A stretch of DNA of 64,000 nt from Candidatus Competibacteraceae bacterium (GTDB lineage: Bacteria > Bacteroidota > Bacteroidia > CAIKAF01). The notes below the pieces were generated by a model that ran no database searches, was not told the origin of the DNA, and saw only the letters and a program-made list of their open reading frames with translations. Shown in pieces: positions 62,222 through 64,000 of the stretch; the first letter of the stretch is position 1, and each line of letters opens with the position of its first letter. The stretch lies in NCBI GenBank assembly GCA_014879445.1, contig JACSSC010000058.1, positions 39,536 through 103,535 on the forward strand. Reading direction: 5' to 3'. A program made the position numbers and the translations under genes.

Positions 62222-63193
62222 TTATTGTTTGATAAAACGATGACGAGCCAATAAATGAAAGGCATCTTGCACCACAACTACATAAGTGCCGGCAGCAAGC
62301 ATTGACACATCAATGGTGTGAAGAGAAGAAGGCATATTTTCATTGATAATCACCTTTCCGTTGATATCATATACCCTCACCTTCATATTGGGATTAGTAA
62401 GAGTAGTTTGTACGCTAAGAATATCAGACACAAGGGTAGGATAAACTTTAACCTGCTGATGTGTTAATTCATCCTCGTTGATACCGGCTGGATAATAAAA
62501 AGACATATCATCAGCCCACAAAGCAGAACCAGCTTGGCCGGTTGATGAAAGCAGATTCGTAAGGTTGTAACCGGCACTGGCAGTACAGAAGATAACAACT
62601 GTATCAGGAGTACCCGGATCCAAATAATTGATAGCAATATCAAACATGGTATAAGTGTTTACAGCTCCAAGAATTTTTTGAGAACCTTCGCCAACTAATA
62701 CAGATTGCATACTCATGGCATCGTAGCGTGTAAGCCATACACGAAATTCGGCAGAATCGCCTGAAACCGGCGTATATTTATACCATCCTTGAAATTTTTC
62801 GGGACGGCCATCAAACTGACGGCCTAAATGAATCGTTTGGCCTACAATATCCAAATCGCCTGTTCCAACAAAACCGGGCAAAAAGAAAGTTGATAATACA
62901 TTTGAAACCATTTTAGCCGCATATGTGCCGGCATATACATCGGATGCATTGGTTTCGCGAATGGTAGTTACCGGACCGGTAAGCGGAAAAGCTTCATCGG
63001 CTAATTGATTAAGGGTGCGCAGAAAATGGGTAGTGCGTGTAGCACCGGTTCCCGGCTCCCAATACGATTCGTTCGTACCGGTAAATTGAGTCCATGTTTC
63101 CATGTTGCCATTGGTTAATGCAGGTTGCTGGGCAAACAAGATGCCGGCCAAACCTGAGAGTAAAAGTGTAGATGTTACAGTTTTCATAAGCAT
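62222..63193 (-). CDS. PCMD (putative carbohydrate metabolism) domain protein with T9SS type A sorting domain
   Basis: NG.METW, RP..F.GWYKY.PV.GDS, GSALW.DD; C-terminal KVYP..V..VYDINGK..IDVS.L.AG.Y.V..RFIK. Confidence 0.85.
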   Translation of the reverse strand: MLMKTVTSTLLLSGLAGILFAQQPALTNGNMETWTQFTGTNESYWEPGTGATRTTHFLRTLNQLADEAFPLTGPVTTIRETNASDVYAGTYAAKMVSNVLSTFFLPGFVGTGDLDIVGQTIHLGRQFDGRPEKFQGWYKYTPVSGDSAEFRVWLTRYDAMSMQSVLVGEGSQKILGAVNTYTMFDIAINYLDPGTPDTVVIFCTASAGYNLTNLLSSTGQAGSALWADDMSFYYPAGINEDELTHQQVKVYPTLVSDILSVQTTLTNPNMKVRVYDINGKVIINENMPSSLHTIDVSMLAAGTYVVVVQDAFHLLARHRFIKQ

Positions 63194-63232
63194 TAAAAAT
63201 TAAAAGTGTGAATTATAGCAAAAATCATTCCA

Positions 63233-64000
63233 TTAAATACGATAAGAGACCTGCACGGTTGATAGTCGTGTGGGGGCTATACCAAGAGGCCTGACAGAGT
63301 ATTCAGAATTGAGTATATTATCCATAATAAAGGCAATTCTGAACTTTCTAATCTGATAACTCACCCTTGCATCAAACACGACACTTCCATTCTTCTGCGA
63401 CTCCATAAAATCTCTAATTCCATGGAACGCTAAACCTGCATCATCCAAAACCAGGAAAAACTTATCAATATTTTGCATCGGGCCATAATAGCGGCAAGTA
63501 AACCCTACATTGAGGTTTTTCCATTCGATATTAAGATCTGCTTTTGCTAAATGTTGGATGCGATATTTGAGTATATGACCTGAAGTGTCGGAAGATGAGT
63601 TGAGATAGGTAATCACATTAATACCAGGTGGGAGGGTGTCGATATAGTATTTGTAACTTGGTTCGAGTGTTTGGGGCAAGCTAAATGTATAACCGGCAGT
63701 TAAATCAATGGTAACTTTATTTAGAATTTTTGCCTGAAGGAAGACGGTAGCATCCACACCACGAATACGCGAATCGCCTGTATTAAAGAATTTGAAACCT
63801 ATTCCTTCTTCATATTGTCCGGCAGCAAATTCACAAAAATTTTCATATTCCTGCCAAAATCCGGCCACGTCCACATATCCGAGGAACCATTTACCGCCTT
63901 TAAACAATTGTTTGATACCCACTTCTGCTGTCCAGCTGGTTTCCGGCTTTAATGAGTCGTTACTAAAGAAACCATAACCGCCGGATGATGTATTGATATA
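63233..64000 (-). CDS. TonB-dependent receptor, C-terminal part (truncated by window end)
   Basis: Frame is open to 64000: N.SLKPETSWTAEVG, RIRGVD, VFDARVSY..DNILN.EY..P. Confidence 0.88.
   Translation of the reverse strand, partial: YINTSSGGYGFFSNDSLKPETSWTAEVGIKQLFKGGKWFLGYVDVAGFWQEYENFCEFAAGQYEEGIGFKFFNTGDSRIRGVDATVFLQAKILNKVTIDLTAGYTFSLPQTLEPSYKYYIDTLPPGINVITYLNSSSDTSGHILKYRIQHLAKADLNIEWKNLNVGFTCRYYGPMQNIDKFFLVLDDAGLAFHGIRDFMESQKNGSVVFDARVSYQIRKFRIAFIMDNILNSEYSVRPLGIAPTRLSTVQVSYRI

Overview
This is a gene-dense, AT-rich core-chromosome segment of a Bacteroidota bacterium with a type IX secretion system. The assignment rests on porQ, a PorE-like OmpA protein, type A and type B sorting-signal cargo, TAnnTTTG promoters and a Bacteroidota-type SRP RNA. 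About 48 CDS are present, mostly housekeeping: ruvB, queG, nnr, guaA, galE, carB, dacB, lolA, ftsK, transaldolase, aspS, groES/groEL, recA, rsmA, mgtE, addAB, pabB and tilS. I saw no CRISPR array, tRNA, rRNA, transposase or prophage. The most interesting signals are non-coding. (1) The predicted carB transcript begins exactly at the first base of a terminator hairpin (CCGAACC-GUU-GGUUCGG-U7), suggesting pyrimidine-sensing start-site-switching attenuation, on a CarB that lacks its allosteric domain. (2) An ORF-free stretch of about 250 nt after recA folds by eye into nested G-U-rich helices (candidate unannotated RNA). (3) Four genes appear leaderless, using the SRP RNA 5' end to calibrate the start site. 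(4) groESL has TGACA repeats and a sigma54-like site instead of CIRCE. (5) A type II thioesterase plus Sfp PPTase pair has no synthase nearby. All calls come from motif recognition by eye; no searches or folding programs were run.
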